Notes: generated by a model from the letters alone, not told the origin. A stretch of DNA of 64,000 nucleotides from Pseudomonadota bacterium (GCA_043825735.1 JBDRRP010000159.1:1-64000); one strand, 5' to 3'; shown: positions 17,483-27,342, numbered from the stretch's first letter. Numbers and translations: made by a program.

Positions 17483-19029
17483 GACATCACTGCGGCCATC
17501 CGGCCGGCAATGGCCCCCAGAATGTCTGTGGCCAGGTATCCTGCCGGTCCGATGTTTTGAGACAGATGGTCGGCGGCGGCCCCGTGCAGATAGGTGCCGG
17601 CGATGGCAGCTTCAACCGGTGAAAGCCCCTGGACGATGAGCCCGGCAATCATGCCTGTGAGAATGTCCCCCATGCCGCCGGTGGCCATGCCCGGGTTGCC
17701 CGTGGGGTTCAGATAGACGCGGCCGTCCGGGGCGGCAACCAGCGTGCGGGCGCCTTTGAGGACGAGCGTCACATCGTTGTCGACAGCAAACTTGCGGGAT
17801 ACGGCCATGCGATCTGCCTGGACGGCGGCGGTGGACATGCTGCACAGCCGCGCCATCTCCCCGGGGTGGGGCGTCAGAATCACCGGTGCCTGCCGGTGGG
17901 CCAGCGCGCTGGGTTGACGGGAAAGCGCCGTGAGGCCGTCGGCATCCACCACCACGGGCACGGTGCTGCGGGTCACGATATGGTGAACCACGGCCAGCGC
18001 GCCGGCGCTCGTACCAAGGCCGGGGCCCACGGCCACAGCGCGTTTTCCCACCAAAAGGTGATCGATAAGGGCGGCGGCGCGCTCGTCGATCAGGCCGTCA
18101 TCGGTCTGTGGCAGGGCCGCGGCCATGCCTTCCACGGAGAGCACCTCCATGGCAGGCAGGATTCCGGACGGAACGCCGGCGGTCACCAGCCCCGCCCCGC
18201 TTCTGAGCGCCGCATTGACGCACATGGCGGCGGCGCCGGTTTTTCCGGGACTACCGGCGATGACCAACAGATGCCCGGTGGTGCCTTTGTGGGCGTCGGG
18301 CGGCCGGCGGGTCATGTGGCCGGCCACCAGTGCCGGGGTGATCTGAAACTGCCGCGGGCCCACGGCCCGGGCGATGTGGGGGGGGATACCGATGTCGATG
18401 ATTTCCAAGTGGCCGCAGCGAGCGGCGCCCGGGTATTGTCGGTGGCCGATTTTAGCGAAGGCAAAGGTGGCGGTAGCCGCCGCCGATACAGCGATTCCGC
18501 AGATTTGCCCCGTGTCGGCGTTCACGCCGGAGGGGATATCCACGGCGAAAACCGGCCGGCCGCTGTCATTGATGAGCGCGATCATGTCGCGCGTGTGCCC
18601 ACGGACATCTGCATTGAGGCCGGTGCCCAGCAGTGCGTCGACCCAGAGCGCGTGTCGGAGCATCTCCTGCCGGCGGCCCGCAACGGCGGCAGCGTCCGGC
18701 AGTGAGACGACGGGGACACCCAGCGGCGAGAGAAGGTCAAGATTGGCGGCCGCATCTCCGGAAATGGCCGACGGGGCGCTCATGAGGTAGACGGTGACCC
18801 GCACACCCTGCTGGGCCAGGCAGCGGGCGATAACAAAGCCGTCACCGCCGTTGTTCCCCCTGCCGGCGGCCACGGCGATGTCCATGGCCGGAATGTTTTT
18901 GAAAAAGTTCTGCAACACCCGCGCAGCGCCCCGGCCGGCGCTTTCCATCAACACCCGGCCGGGGAGACCGAAGGCGTGAATGGTTTCGTGATCCATCCGC
19001 TGCATTTCTTCGGCGGTAACCAGAATCAT
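17473..19029 (-). CDS. nnr: Bifunctional NAD(P)H-hydrate epimerase/dehydratase
   Basis: GRGNNGGDG, DALLGTG, DIPSG, HKG, GPGLG, TPHPGE and ATGGMGDIL. Confidence 0.95.
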   Translation of the reverse strand: MILVTAEEMQRMDHETIHAFGLPGRVLMESAGRGAARVLQNFFKNIPAMDIAVAAGRGNNGGDGFVIARCLAQQGVRVTVYLMSAPSAISGDAAANLDLLSPLGVPVVSLPDAAAVAGRRQEMLRHALWVDALLGTGLNADVRGHTRDMIALINDSGRPVFAVDIPSGVNADTGQICGIAVSAAATATFAFAKIGHRQYPGAARCGHLEIIDIGIPPHIARAVGPRQFQITPALVAGHMTRRPPDAHKGTTGHLLVIAGSPGKTGAAAMCVNAALRSGAGLVTAGVPSGILPAMEVLSVEGMAAALPQTDDGLIDERAAALIDHLLVGKRAVAVGPGLGTSAGALAVVHHIVTRSTVPVVVDADGLTALSRQPSALAHRQAPVILTPHPGEMARLCSMSTAAVQADRMAVSRKFAVDNDVTLVLKGARTLVAAPDGRVYLNPTGNPGMATGGMGDILTGMIAGLIVQGLSPVEAAIAGTYLHGAAADHLSQNIGPAGYLATDILGAIAGRMAAVMSCR

Positions 19030-19090
19030 GTTGTCTCCTAAAGGGGCGGCCGGTCTTCGGTGTCCGCTGTGCGGGCGGAGAATGCGACAT

Positions 19091-19828
19091 TCAAAAGGGT
19101 TGTGCGCCTGCGGGGCAACGCGCTGCCAGATGCTGGAAATCTTTGACGGCGGTGTGCATTCCGGTCAGCAGGGCGCGTGCGACCACGTTGTGACCGATAC
19201 TGAACCAGTCGATTTTCGGCAGTGCGCTCAGGCGCTTGAGCGCCGGAGCGTCCAGAGCGCCCCCGACGTGAATGTCGAGTTTGAGTTTAGCTGCGTAGGA
19301 CACCGTGTCGGCAATGGCACCAGCCAGACGCTCACGGGCGCTCGATGTCGCCATGGCAAAGTCGCCGGTATAGATTTCCACTGCGGTGGCGTTGAGCCGG
19401 TGGGCGATCTTGACCTGTTCGGGGTCCGGTGCCACCGACAGGCATACCGTCAACCCGCTGGCCTGAAGCGCCGTAATGGTTTCGGCCACCGCGTCCCGGT
19501 AGACGATCAGGTCGATGCCGCCGTTGATCGCCAGTGTCTGCGGCTTCTCGGCCACCAGAACGACCAAATCGGGTTTGACGTCCAGCGCCAGGCCGGTCAT
19601 CTGCAGAGTGGGCGCCATCCTCAGAAACAGGGGGACGGTGAGGATCTGGCGCAGCGTTTTGACATCACGGTCGGTGACCAGATCGCGCTTCTCCCGGACA
19701 TGAAGACTAACGGCGTCGGCGCCGCCCAATTCCGCCGCCACGGCCAGATGGACCGGATCCGGTGTGGTGACCCGATTGGCCTGCCTGAGGATGGTGGCCG
19801 AAGACAGATTGATCGCCAGTTGTGCCAT
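19091..19828 (-). CDS. pdxJ: Pyridoxine 5'-phosphate synthase homolog with a degenerate active site
   Basis: LRQA..PDPV, HVRE, VEIYTG and SIGH align to PdxJ, but several catalytic residues are substituted. Confidence 0.8.
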   Translation of the reverse strand: MAQLAINLSSATILRQANRVTTPDPVHLAVAAELGGADAVSLHVREKRDLVTDRDVKTLRQILTVPLFLRMAPTLQMTGLALDVKPDLVVLVAEKPQTLAINGGIDLIVYRDAVAETITALQASGLTVCLSVAPDPEQVKIAHRLNATAVEIYTGDFAMATSSARERLAGAIADTVSYAAKLKLDIHVGGALDAPALKRLSALPKIDWFSIGHNVVARALLTGMHTAVKDFQHLAARCPAGAQPF

Positions 19829-19845
19829 GGTGGTTTCCTGTTGAT

Positions 19846-20286
19846 TTAGCCGGCGCTGACCATCGCCAGCAGTTCACGGCTCTTGTCTTCCATGAAGGCC
19901 GCATCGGCCTCGCTGGCCTCATGATCGAATCCCAACAGATGCAAGATGCCGTGGATGAGCAGCTCGGTCATGCGCTCGGCCACGGGCTGACCGGCCGCTT
20001 GCGCTTCTCTCTGCAGCGTGTCCAGTGACATCACCACATCGCCGAGCAGCGTGGGGGTCACATCGCCGAAGTCGCCGTCACGCATGGCAAACGCCAGAAC
20101 GTTGGTGGGGCTGTTCTTGCCGCGGTACTGAAGGTTCAGCGCCTGAATGTCAGGGTCATCCACCAATACAATGGACAGCTCCGCATCAGGACATCCCAAG
20201 GCGTTTAAGATGGCTATCGCCGTTTTCTCCACTGTCTTCGTGTCGATCGGGTGGCGTTGCTGGCGGTTGTCGATCAGAATGGCCAT
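19846..20286 (-). CDS. ybeY: rRNA maturation endoribonuclease
   Basis: LNLQYRGKNSPTNVLAF, LGDVV and HGILHLLGFDH. Confidence 0.96.
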   Translation of the reverse strand: MAILIDNRQQRHPIDTKTVEKTAIAILNALGCPDAELSIVLVDDPDIQALNLQYRGKNSPTNVLAFAMRDGDFGDVTPTLLGDVVMSLDTLQREAQAAGQPVAERMTELLIHGILHLLGFDHEASEADAAFMEDKSRELLAMVSAG

Positions 20287-22615
20287 TGGTGGATTTCCCG
20301 TTCTTCTGAGGTGTTTTCTCAGGGTATTCGATGCGGTGGTGATGGATGCCGGTGAGGATCTTGATGAAACTTTTGGCGATATTGTGCAGGTCTTTGAGCG
20401 TCAGCTCACATTCGTCCATCTCCCCGTCTGAAAAGATCTTATTGATGAGTTTTTGCACCAACCCCTGGATGCGCGCCGGCGTGGGGTCGTCCAGCGTGCG
20501 TGAGGCGGCTTCCACCACATCGGCGAGCATCACCAGGCCGGCTTCGCGCGTCTGGGGCTTTGGGCCCGGATACCGGTAGTCGTTCATGTTGACGGTTTCT
20601 TCGCCCTGACTCTTGAGGGCCTTGTTGTAAAAAAAGCTGATCACACTGGTGCCGTGGGACTGCTGGACAACATCCGTGATGAGCTGGCCGAGCTTGTGCT
20701 GGCGGGCGAAGTCGACGCCGTCTTTGACATGGGCGATGAGGATCCGCTTGCTCATGGACGGGGCCAGTTTGTCGTGCTTGTTTTTTCCGTCGGACTGGTT
20801 TTCGATGAAATACAACGGTTTGTTGATTTTCCCGATATCGTGGTAGTAGCCGCAGACTTTGGCCAGCAGCGGGTTGGCCCCGATCTCGCTGGCCGCGGCC
20901 TCCACCAGCGAGCCCACCACCATGGAGTGGTGGTAGGTGCCCGGGGCCTCGATCATCAGCCGTTTTAAAATGGGCCGGTCCAGATTGGCCAGTTCCATGA
21001 GCTTGATGTCGGTGGTGTAGTCGAAAGCGATTTCCACGATGGGCGCCAGGCCGGCGGTGATGATCCCGGCCATGATTCCCCCCAGAAAGGCAAAGCTCCA
21101 GTCCCAGAAAAGCTTCAGATCCCCCATCTCGGAGAGATAGGCGTCCACGGCCGTTACCAGGACAAGGTTGAGCACCGCCAGTTTGAGTCCCGCTTTGATG
21201 AAGACTTTTCTTTCACGGCAGTTCTGGAGCCAGTAGGCGGCCATGATATTGCTCACCAGAAAATAGAGCAGGATGCCGAACTGGTTTTGGAAAATGGCGG
21301 CCGTGCCGACGGCAAGGACCACGGAAAAGGGGATGGCGATTTCCAGACCCAGAAAGAGGCACACGATCATCGCCCCGCTGCCCAGGGGTATTCCCCAGTA
21401 AAGGGAGGTGACCGTCACCGGGTACTGGGGGTTGGTGGCGATGGTGCCGGTGAACAGGGCCACCAGTCGTGCCAGCAGCAGAAACGTGACCAGGATGGCC
21501 CCTAAGAAGATGACGTTGCGGTTCAGGTGACGCCGCAGCCGGCTGCGGGGCTGGCTGTTGGGGATGTACATGCCGAGCAGCAGAAACGTGACGATGGAGG
21601 CCGCCCCAAGGCCGCTGCCCGGCAGGGAGTGCTCCTGGGCCGAGGCCCTTGCCATCTTGAGCTTGGCCAGGTCCGCTTCGGTGACCCGCTCGCCTTCGCG
21701 CAGCAGCATTTCCCCCGCCTTGATCTGGTATAAAATGGGCTTTATGGCCGCTGCCGCGGCTGCACGGCGCTCCTTGGTTTCGCTTTTGTTGATGGTGATG
21801 TTGGGCTGGATAAGGCGCTGGGTGATATCCACAATCAGGTTTCGAAGGGCGTAATTCTGATCCTTGAGCAGGGGCTGGCCCACGATGCGAACCATGGTCT
21901 TTGCCTGGTCGAGCCCGAAGATCGGCCGCAGACTGTACTCCATGGTTTCATGCTTGGTGGTGATGTTTCTCAGGATGACGCCTTGGTCTGATTCCTGGAG
22001 CAGGTATTCCTTGTTGGCGACAACACCGTTTTCCAGGATTTCCGTTAGGATGCGGCTGATGAAAGCCTCGATTTCAGGAGAAAAGCGGTCCTTTTCCAGC
22101 GTGCGATAGGCGCCGTTGGTGATGTCGATGCCTAGGGTATTTTCAAATTCCGATTTCTTTTGCCGAACCATTGCCTCCACTGCCGGCGGCACCGCAGTCG
22201 CTGGCACTGCCATTGCGGCCTCAGGGCTGCTCGCGCTCTGTCTGGACGGCTCCGGCGTCTCTGTCGGCAGCGCTCCCGCATCGTAGACGTTGCGGACGAG
22301 CTGAAAGGCTTTCTGCACCTTGCCGACGATGCGGCGGGTCATGGTATCGTCGTAGTCGTATACCGTATGAACCGCCAGTCCGGCCGCCTGGCGCCGGGCT
22401 TCGGTTTCCGCCTCGTCATGGACCAGAAAGTCCTTTTTCGCCTTGATGTCCCGCTGGACCACATCTCCGGGCTGATACACGTGGGGGGTGATCACCAGAT
22501 TCGGATAAAGGATCAGGGTGATGGCCACCACGACGGTGATCAGCACGATCAGCGGTACGGCGTCGCGTGCACTGGTGAACAGCGGGTTGCCTGCTATATT
22601 TCGATTAAATTTCAT
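20186..22615 (-). CDS. 7TM-HD (HDIG) membrane phosphohydrolase, PgpH-like
   Basis: N-terminal TM, extracytoplasmic domain, ~7 TM, then APGTYHHS, YYHDIGK, YFIENQ, YRYPGPKP and MLADVVEAA; conserved phoH-HDIG-ybeY order. Confidence 0.92.
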   Translation of the reverse strand: MKFNRNIAGNPLFTSARDAVPLIVLITVVVAITLILYPNLVITPHVYQPGDVVQRDIKAKKDFLVHDEAETEARRQAAGLAVHTVYDYDDTMTRRIVGKVQKAFQLVRNVYDAGALPTETPEPSRQSASSPEAAMAVPATAVPPAVEAMVRQKKSEFENTLGIDITNGAYRTLEKDRFSPEIEAFISRILTEILENGVVANKEYLLQESDQGVILRNITTKHETMEYSLRPIFGLDQAKTMVRIVGQPLLKDQNYALRNLIVDITQRLIQPNITINKSETKERRAAAAAAIKPILYQIKAGEMLLREGERVTEADLAKLKMARASAQEHSLPGSGLGAASIVTFLLLGMYIPNSQPRSRLRRHLNRNVIFLGAILVTFLLLARLVALFTGTIATNPQYPVTVTSLYWGIPLGSGAMIVCLFLGLEIAIPFSVVLAVGTAAIFQNQFGILLYFLVSNIMAAYWLQNCRERKVFIKAGLKLAVLNLVLVTAVDAYLSEMGDLKLFWDWSFAFLGGIMAGIITAGLAPIVEIAFDYTTDIKLMELANLDRPILKRLMIEAPGTYHHSMVVGSLVEAAASEIGANPLLAKVCGYYHDIGKINKPLYFIENQSDGKNKHDKLAPSMSKRILIAHVKDGVDFARQHKLGQLITDVVQQSHGTSVISFFYNKALKSQGEETVNMNDYRYPGPKPQTREAGLVMLADVVEAASRTLDDPTPARIQGLVQKLINKIFSDGEMDECELTLKDLHNIAKSFIKILTGIHHHRIEYPEKTPQKNGKSTNGHSDRQPPATPPDRHEDSGENGDSHLKRLGMS

Positions 22616-23640
22616 GACGAGGCGCGCGGTTTCGTGTCTTTGACGTTGCCGGGGGCGTTTTTCGCGGCGTCGTGGGCATCGTAGGCATGGATAATGTCCT
22701 GGACCAGGCGATGCCGTACCACATCGATCTTTGAAAAGAAGACGAACTGGATGTCGCTGATGTCTTTGAGAATCGTCATGGCCTCCATGAGACCCGAGAC
22801 TTTGTTGGTGGGCAGATCGGTCTGGGTGATGTCGCCGGTGATCACCGTCTTTGAGTTGAAGCCGATACGCGTCAAAAACATCTTCATCTGTTCGCTGGTA
22901 GTGTTCTGCGCTTCATCTAAAATGATGAAGGCGTCGTTGAGGGTTCGTCCCCGCATGAAGGCCAGGGGGGCGACTTCAATGGCACCCTGGCTCATCATTC
23001 CCGCGGCTTTTTCAAAGGGCATCATGTCGTGAAGCGCGTCGTAGAGCGGTCTCAGGTAGGGGTTCACTTTCTCGGCGATGTCTCCGGGGAGAAACCCAAG
23101 TACTTCTCCAGCTTCGACGGCCGGCCGGGCCAGGATAATACGGCTGACCTTGCCCTTGGACAGTGCCGATACGGCCATGGCCATGGCCAGGTATGTTTTG
23201 CCTGTGCCCGCCGGTCCGATGCCGAACACCATGTCGCACCCGCGCATGGCGTCGATATACGCCTTCTGGTTGACGCTTTTGGGGGTGATGATCCGCTTTT
23301 TGGAAGTAATGTACACGGTATCCAGGAAGATATCTTTCAATCGGGCGCGGTGGTCGGCGCTCAGGACCTGAATGGCATGGTCCACGTCCTTAGGATAGAC
23401 CGGGTAGCGCTCCTTCAAAAGGCCGTAGAGCTGTTCGAGCAGGTTGCGGGCCAGGGCGGTGTTGATGTCGTCGCCGGTGAGGGTGACGACCGTGCCCCGT
23501 GCGTTGATGCGGATATCGAGGGCATCAGAGATGCGGTGCAAATGGGCGTTGCGTTCTCCGAACAGCTGGCGAGCCAGTTCAAGGTCGGAAAACGTGAGCC
23601 GATGTGCTGGCTCGGCTTGTTCAGTATCCATGGCGGTCAT
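22612..23640 (-). CDS. phoH: PhoH-like ATPase
   Basis: GPAGTGKTYLA, RPAVEAGE, LGFLPG, PLAFMRGRT, DEAQN and DVVRH; start uncertain (23631-23646). Confidence 0.95.
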   Translation of the reverse strand: MTAMDTEQAEPAHRLTFSDLELARQLFGERNAHLHRISDALDIRINARGTVVTLTGDDINTALARNLLEQLYGLLKERYPVYPKDVDHAIQVLSADHRARLKDIFLDTVYITSKKRIITPKSVNQKAYIDAMRGCDMVFGIGPAGTGKTYLAMAMAVSALSKGKVSRIILARPAVEAGEVLGFLPGDIAEKVNPYLRPLYDALHDMMPFEKAAGMMSQGAIEVAPLAFMRGRTLNDAFIILDEAQNTTSEQMKMFLTRIGFNSKTVITGDITQTDLPTNKVSGLMEAMTILKDISDIQFVFFSKIDVVRHRLVQDIIHAYDAHDAAKNAPGNVKDTKPRASS

Positions 23641-23948
23641 TCGCATTTTTTTGCGCAGTAGATGTTCATCTGCCGCCGGCTCGCTGTGAGGCCATTACTT
23701 CGGCGGTCTGTTTAACTGGCTGCATGGCGTGTCCATGATGGGCTGGTGCCGTGCCACCCCGTTGCCTCACCCCGTCCTCTCTATCACATTCGGGAAAATG
23801 AATGCAAACAGCGCCGCAGGTCCCGTCAACCGAAAAACACCTTGACTCCACATGGGGCCTCTGTTAGTCAGCGAACGCCATGTTGCGGGCATGCATCTAT
23901 TTTGAATAACAGTATATTTTTATCTTTACCCGGAGTTTTGGGAGGGCC

Positions 23949-24476
23949 ATGAACGCACTGGACATCATTTTTGCCGTTATCTTGGGATTCAGCCTCATCC
24001 GCGGCATATTTCGGGGATTGGTCAAGGAAGTGGCGTCCATCATCGGGGTACTCTCGGGATACTATGCCGCTTACACCTATTACCCGCTGGTGGCCCGTCT
24101 TTTGTCCCGGTGGATGTCCGATACCGCCTATCTGAACATCGTGAGTTTTCTCATTCTCTTTTGCCTGGTGTTTATCATTATCAGCATGATCGGTGTGGTG
24201 CTCAAATACCTATTGAGCATTGCCTACATGGGGTGGGCTGATCGACTATCGGGCGCGCTGTTCGGCCTGACCAAGGCCATTCTCGTGGCGTCGGTGATTC
24301 TGGTGGCGTTGACGACGTTTCTGCCGAAAAATGCGGCACTGGTTCGCGAATCGCTGCTGGCCCCGTATGTGACCCATGTTTCAGAAAACATTGCAAAAAT
24401 GGTGTCTCCGGAGATGAAACGCACTTTTTCCGGCAAAATGGATGCCTTGAAAGCATCATGGAAGGGCGGCCGATAA
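23949..24476 (+). CDS. cvpA: CvpA family membrane protein
   Basis: MNALDII..GIFRGLVKE and DRLSGALFGL; 4 TM segments. Confidence 0.92.
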   Translation: MNALDIIFAVILGFSLIRGIFRGLVKEVASIIGVLSGYYAAYTYYPLVARLLSRWMSDTAYLNIVSFLILFCLVFIIISMIGVVLKYLLSIAYMGWADRLSGALFGLTKAILVASVILVALTTFLPKNAALVRESLLAPYVTHVSENIAKMVSPEMKRTFSGKMDALKASWKGGR

Positions 24477-25288
24477 TGCCTGGCTCCGGCAGTGTGGCCC
24501 CCATCTTCGATCTCATCGATGTCCTGCGGGGAGAGGACGGCTGTTCCTGGGACCGGAAACAGACCGCGCGTTCAATGGCCGTCTATCTGGCGGAGGAAGT
24601 GTTTGAACTGGCCGAGGCCATTACCGCCGGCGATCCGGCCGCAGTTTGCGAAGAGTTTGGCGACGTTCTGTTCCTGTTGCTGTTTATTTGCCGCTGCTAC
24701 ACAAAAGAGGGGCGATTTACGTTTGACGAGGCCGTGGCCCGAAACGTTGAAAAGATGACCCGGCGCCACCCCCATGTCTTCGGCGACAGCCATGCCGAGA
24801 CGCCGGATGCGGTCCGTCGCCAGTGGAACGAGATCAAAAAGGAAGAAAAAGCCGGTGTCGCGGAGGCATCCATTCTGGATGCGATACCCTCCGGGCTTCC
24901 GGCGCTGCTCAGGGCCTACCGGGTTTCACGGCGTGCCGGTGAAGCCGGATTCGACTGGGATGATATCGGCGGTGTCATGGCCAAAGTGGATGAGGAATGG
25001 GGCGAATTTAAGGACGAGGCCAATCGGCTGGCGGACGGCGCCGAGCGGCCGGCGCATTTGGCCATGGAATTTGGCGATATCCTGTTTACCCTGGTCAATG
25101 TGGCCCGGTTTGCCGGTTTTCACCCCGAGTCTGCCGTGGCCGCGTCAACGGCGAAGTTCGAAAAACGTTTCCGCTTCATGGAGCGCCGCCTGCAGGAAAA
25201 CGGTGACACCCTGGGCACTGTGCCCCGGGAGCGGCTCGAGGCGCTCTGGGAAACAGCGAAGCGGGAGGTCGCGGTCGACGGGGATTGA
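24476..25288 (+). CDS. mazG: Nucleoside triphosphate pyrophosphohydrolase
   Basis: GCSWDRKQT, EEFGDVL, RRHPHVFG, GFDW and EFGDILF; TAATG coupling to cvpA. Confidence 0.95.
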   Translation: MPGSGSVAPIFDLIDVLRGEDGCSWDRKQTARSMAVYLAEEVFELAEAITAGDPAAVCEEFGDVLFLLLFICRCYTKEGRFTFDEAVARNVEKMTRRHPHVFGDSHAETPDAVRRQWNEIKKEEKAGVAEASILDAIPSGLPALLRAYRVSRRAGEAGFDWDDIGGVMAKVDEEWGEFKDEANRLADGAERPAHLAMEFGDILFTLVNVARFAGFHPESAVAASTAKFEKRFRFMERRLQENGDTLGTVPRERLEALWETAKREVAVDGD

Positions 25289-25303
25289 ATTGGCGGTGTG
25301 AAT

Positions 25304-25339
25304 GAGACGGCCCGTTCCTGAAGAAACGGGCCGTTTTCT
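25304..25339 (+). terminator. Intrinsic terminator after mazG
   Basis: acggcccgtt / aacgggccgt stem followed by tttct. Confidence 0.7.
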
Positions 25340-25509
25340 ATTGTGACGCCACATTGACCGTCCATGCTCTTGACTATAGGATTTTGAATAAGTCCTACCG
25401 CTTATCCAGGAAGCTCAAGCCACAACCGGATGCCATTGCAATCGGGAAAAATCATATCACTGCGAAGTTCACGGAGCACATGGGGGTTTTTTAACCCAAA
25501 AAGAATATA

Positions 25510-25900
25510 TCTCGCGCAGAGGCGCGGAGACGCAGAGAACTGCGGGAAATTGAATTGCGCGAGTGATTTTCCCTGCGCCTCTGCGGGAGATATGAATTAT
25601 AAAATCTCCGTGCCCTCCATGATTCAACATCACTGTGGGATGAGACCTACTGGAGCATTATGCATACGGCGCAGGGATAAAGGATTTGACCGTCGTTCAT
25701 GCCACCATTTCGTTGCGCCGGGTCCGATCACGCTGCGCCGGCCGGGTGCTGATAGCGATCATTAGAAGACGGTGGGGCCGAAAAGCGGATGCCTGCGACG
25801 CCTTTTCATCACACGCCCCATTGCTTTGTCGAGGCGTTCTGCACAAGCGTTTTTGGTTTCCTGTGCGTCCCTGCGTCTCTGCGCGATAAATGGGTGTTTC
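25510..25900. repeat. Cluster of nonamer repeats plus the second copy of the 8181-8383 element
   Basis: (CGCAGAG)n at 25513-25538; 25671-25800 matches ~8237-8385; 25852-25900 is ~48 bp near-identical to 33054-33102. Confidence 0.85.
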
Positions 25901-25907
25901 TTTTGCC

Positions 25908-25986
25908 GTTACCCCGGCGACCGCCGGGGTCCAGAAATGCTTGAAATCACTGGATCCCGGATCTCGCTTCACTCGTCCGGGATGAC
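25908..25986. repeat. GTCATCCCGG-type double-hairpin palindromic element
   Basis: gttaccccggcgaccgccggggtccag ... ctggatcccggatctcgcttcactcgtccgggatgac. Confidence 0.8.
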
Positions 25987-26002
25987 AAAAAACACAATGC
26001 GG

Positions 26003-26291
26003 TTCTCTATGAAGCTCCAGTTGTCCGGTGGCCCGGTCCATCGGCGCCCGGACACACGGCATGAATGACCCTGCCCGCCAAGGGCGCCCCGTGGCTGACG
26101 GGTGTTATCGAAATCGCTATCGGGATCGAAATCGGCGGTTGCTGTTGCCACGGTGGCGGCAAATGGCGGATCAGGGATAAAATAATTGCCAACACCAACA
26201 CCCGATACCGATAGCGATACCGATCCCGATAGCGATTTCGAAGAGCGGCGCGTTTTGCGGCAATATGGGGTTACTGGAGCTTCATAGAGAA
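26003..26291. mobile_element. MITE-like element with perfect 19-bp terminal inverted repeats
   Basis: ttctctatgaagctccagt (26003-26021) / actggagcttcatagagaa (26273-26291); non-coding; second, chimeric copy at 10283. Confidence 0.75.
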
Positions 26292-26526
26292 GCGGAAAAA
26301 AGAAAAAACCGACTTTTCAGGGATGCATCAAAAAAGAGAACGATCCGAAACACCCGTCCTGTCGATGGGCATGATGCTGGAGGAATCGATGATGGGGAAA
26401 GGCCGGTCGCTGGGGAAAAATCGGCCGAATCTGTCGATTGGCCGGCAAGGGGGAACCGTCGCGGTGCGTGCCCGAAACCGCACCGGCGCAGAGAAAACCC
26501 GAAAGGGCGGCGGTCGTTATCGCCCT

Positions 26527-26808
26527 TTACACGTTTTCTGAGTGGACAGGCGGCAGTTGCATAATCAACTCGCCGTTTTTCCCGTACTGTTCGAGAATCA
26601 GCCGGTTTTGATCGATGGCGTACCGGGTTCTGGATTGATCTTCCGGATTTTTGTTTTTAGCGCCTTCACCGTCTGCAGCCTTCTCTACAGGGCGTTCTGC
26701 GCTCACCCGTTGGGTCTCGTTTGCCGCAACGGACTTCTGGTTTTCCGTCTGGTTGTGCTCTACCCGCGCTGTCTGCTGGACAGTCGCTTCGCCGATGGCG
26801 TCTATCAT
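26527..26808 (-). CDS. Small hypothetical protein with a FlaG-like C-terminus
   Basis: Ends ..GKNGELIMQLPP.., similar to FlaG 'GEVIRQIPP'; RBS overlaps the end of the upstream gene. Confidence 0.55.
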   Translation of the reverse strand: MIDAIGEATVQQTARVEHNQTENQKSVAANETQRVSAERPVEKAADGEGAKNKNPEDQSRTRYAIDQNRLILEQYGKNGELIMQLPPVHSENV

Positions 26809-26810
26809 GG

Positions 26811-27293
26811 TTATTCCCCCCTTTCTATGAGGTCTCCGGACAGGCCAAGCACATCGTTTCTGTCCGGGCGAGGTCGGGCCATGTTCTGGTCGACCGTTTG
26901 TTTTGCCAACTGCTCCAGGCGGCGAAGCATGCTGCTTGAATCCTTCGCACTGAGCGTGTTGGTTTGTTTGGCTCGGGTGCCGTCGACAACGTTGAACACG
27001 AACTCCAATGCGCTGCCGTCGATCTGTTTGCCGTCGCGTTGGATCTCATCGCGCAACTGGTCTACGATCTGGTGGTCCACATCTTCTTGCGGGCCATAGC
27101 GCGTGATGCGATCGATGATGTTGGCGGCCACGCGGTCGATGACCGCTTCCCGCTTGCCCTCCACCGAGAGGCTGAGTTTGTCCCGCGGTGCGCGCGGGTC
27201 CTCGGCCTTGCCGGTTCGTGGCTGGCGGTTGCGTCCAATCCGCTTGCTATAGTCGGCGATGACGTTTTGTATCTGGTAACTTGTGACTACCAT
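26811..27293 (-). CDS. DVU0524-family FlgM-associated protein
   Basis: MVVTSYQIQNVI..YSK and DKLSLSVEGKR..VIDRVAANIIDRI; ATG 27293 with GGGGAG RBS. Confidence 0.75.
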   Translation of the reverse strand: MVVTSYQIQNVIADYSKRIGRNRQPRTGKAEDPRAPRDKLSLSVEGKREAVIDRVAANIIDRITRYGPQEDVDHQIVDQLRDEIQRDGKQIDGSALEFVFNVVDGTRAKQTNTLSAKDSSSMLRRLEQLAKQTVDQNMARPRPDRNDVLGLSGDLIERGE

Positions 27294-27315
27294 AGTCGTT
27301 TCTCCCCTGACCTTC

Positions 27316-27342
27316 TTATCGGACAAGGGCGCCAGGACTTTA
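27316..27342 (-). promoter_or_regulatory. Sigma-28 (FliA) promoter
   Basis: Minus-strand TAAA-N15-TCCGATAA vs consensus TAAA-N15-GCCGATAA, 22 nt upstream of the ATG. Confidence 0.8.

Noticed and set aside
23650..23900. Possible tRNA-Sec or other ncRNA upstream of phoH
   Set aside because: No cloverleaf, UCA anticodon arm or T-loop motif recognised; consistent with a divergent promoter region.
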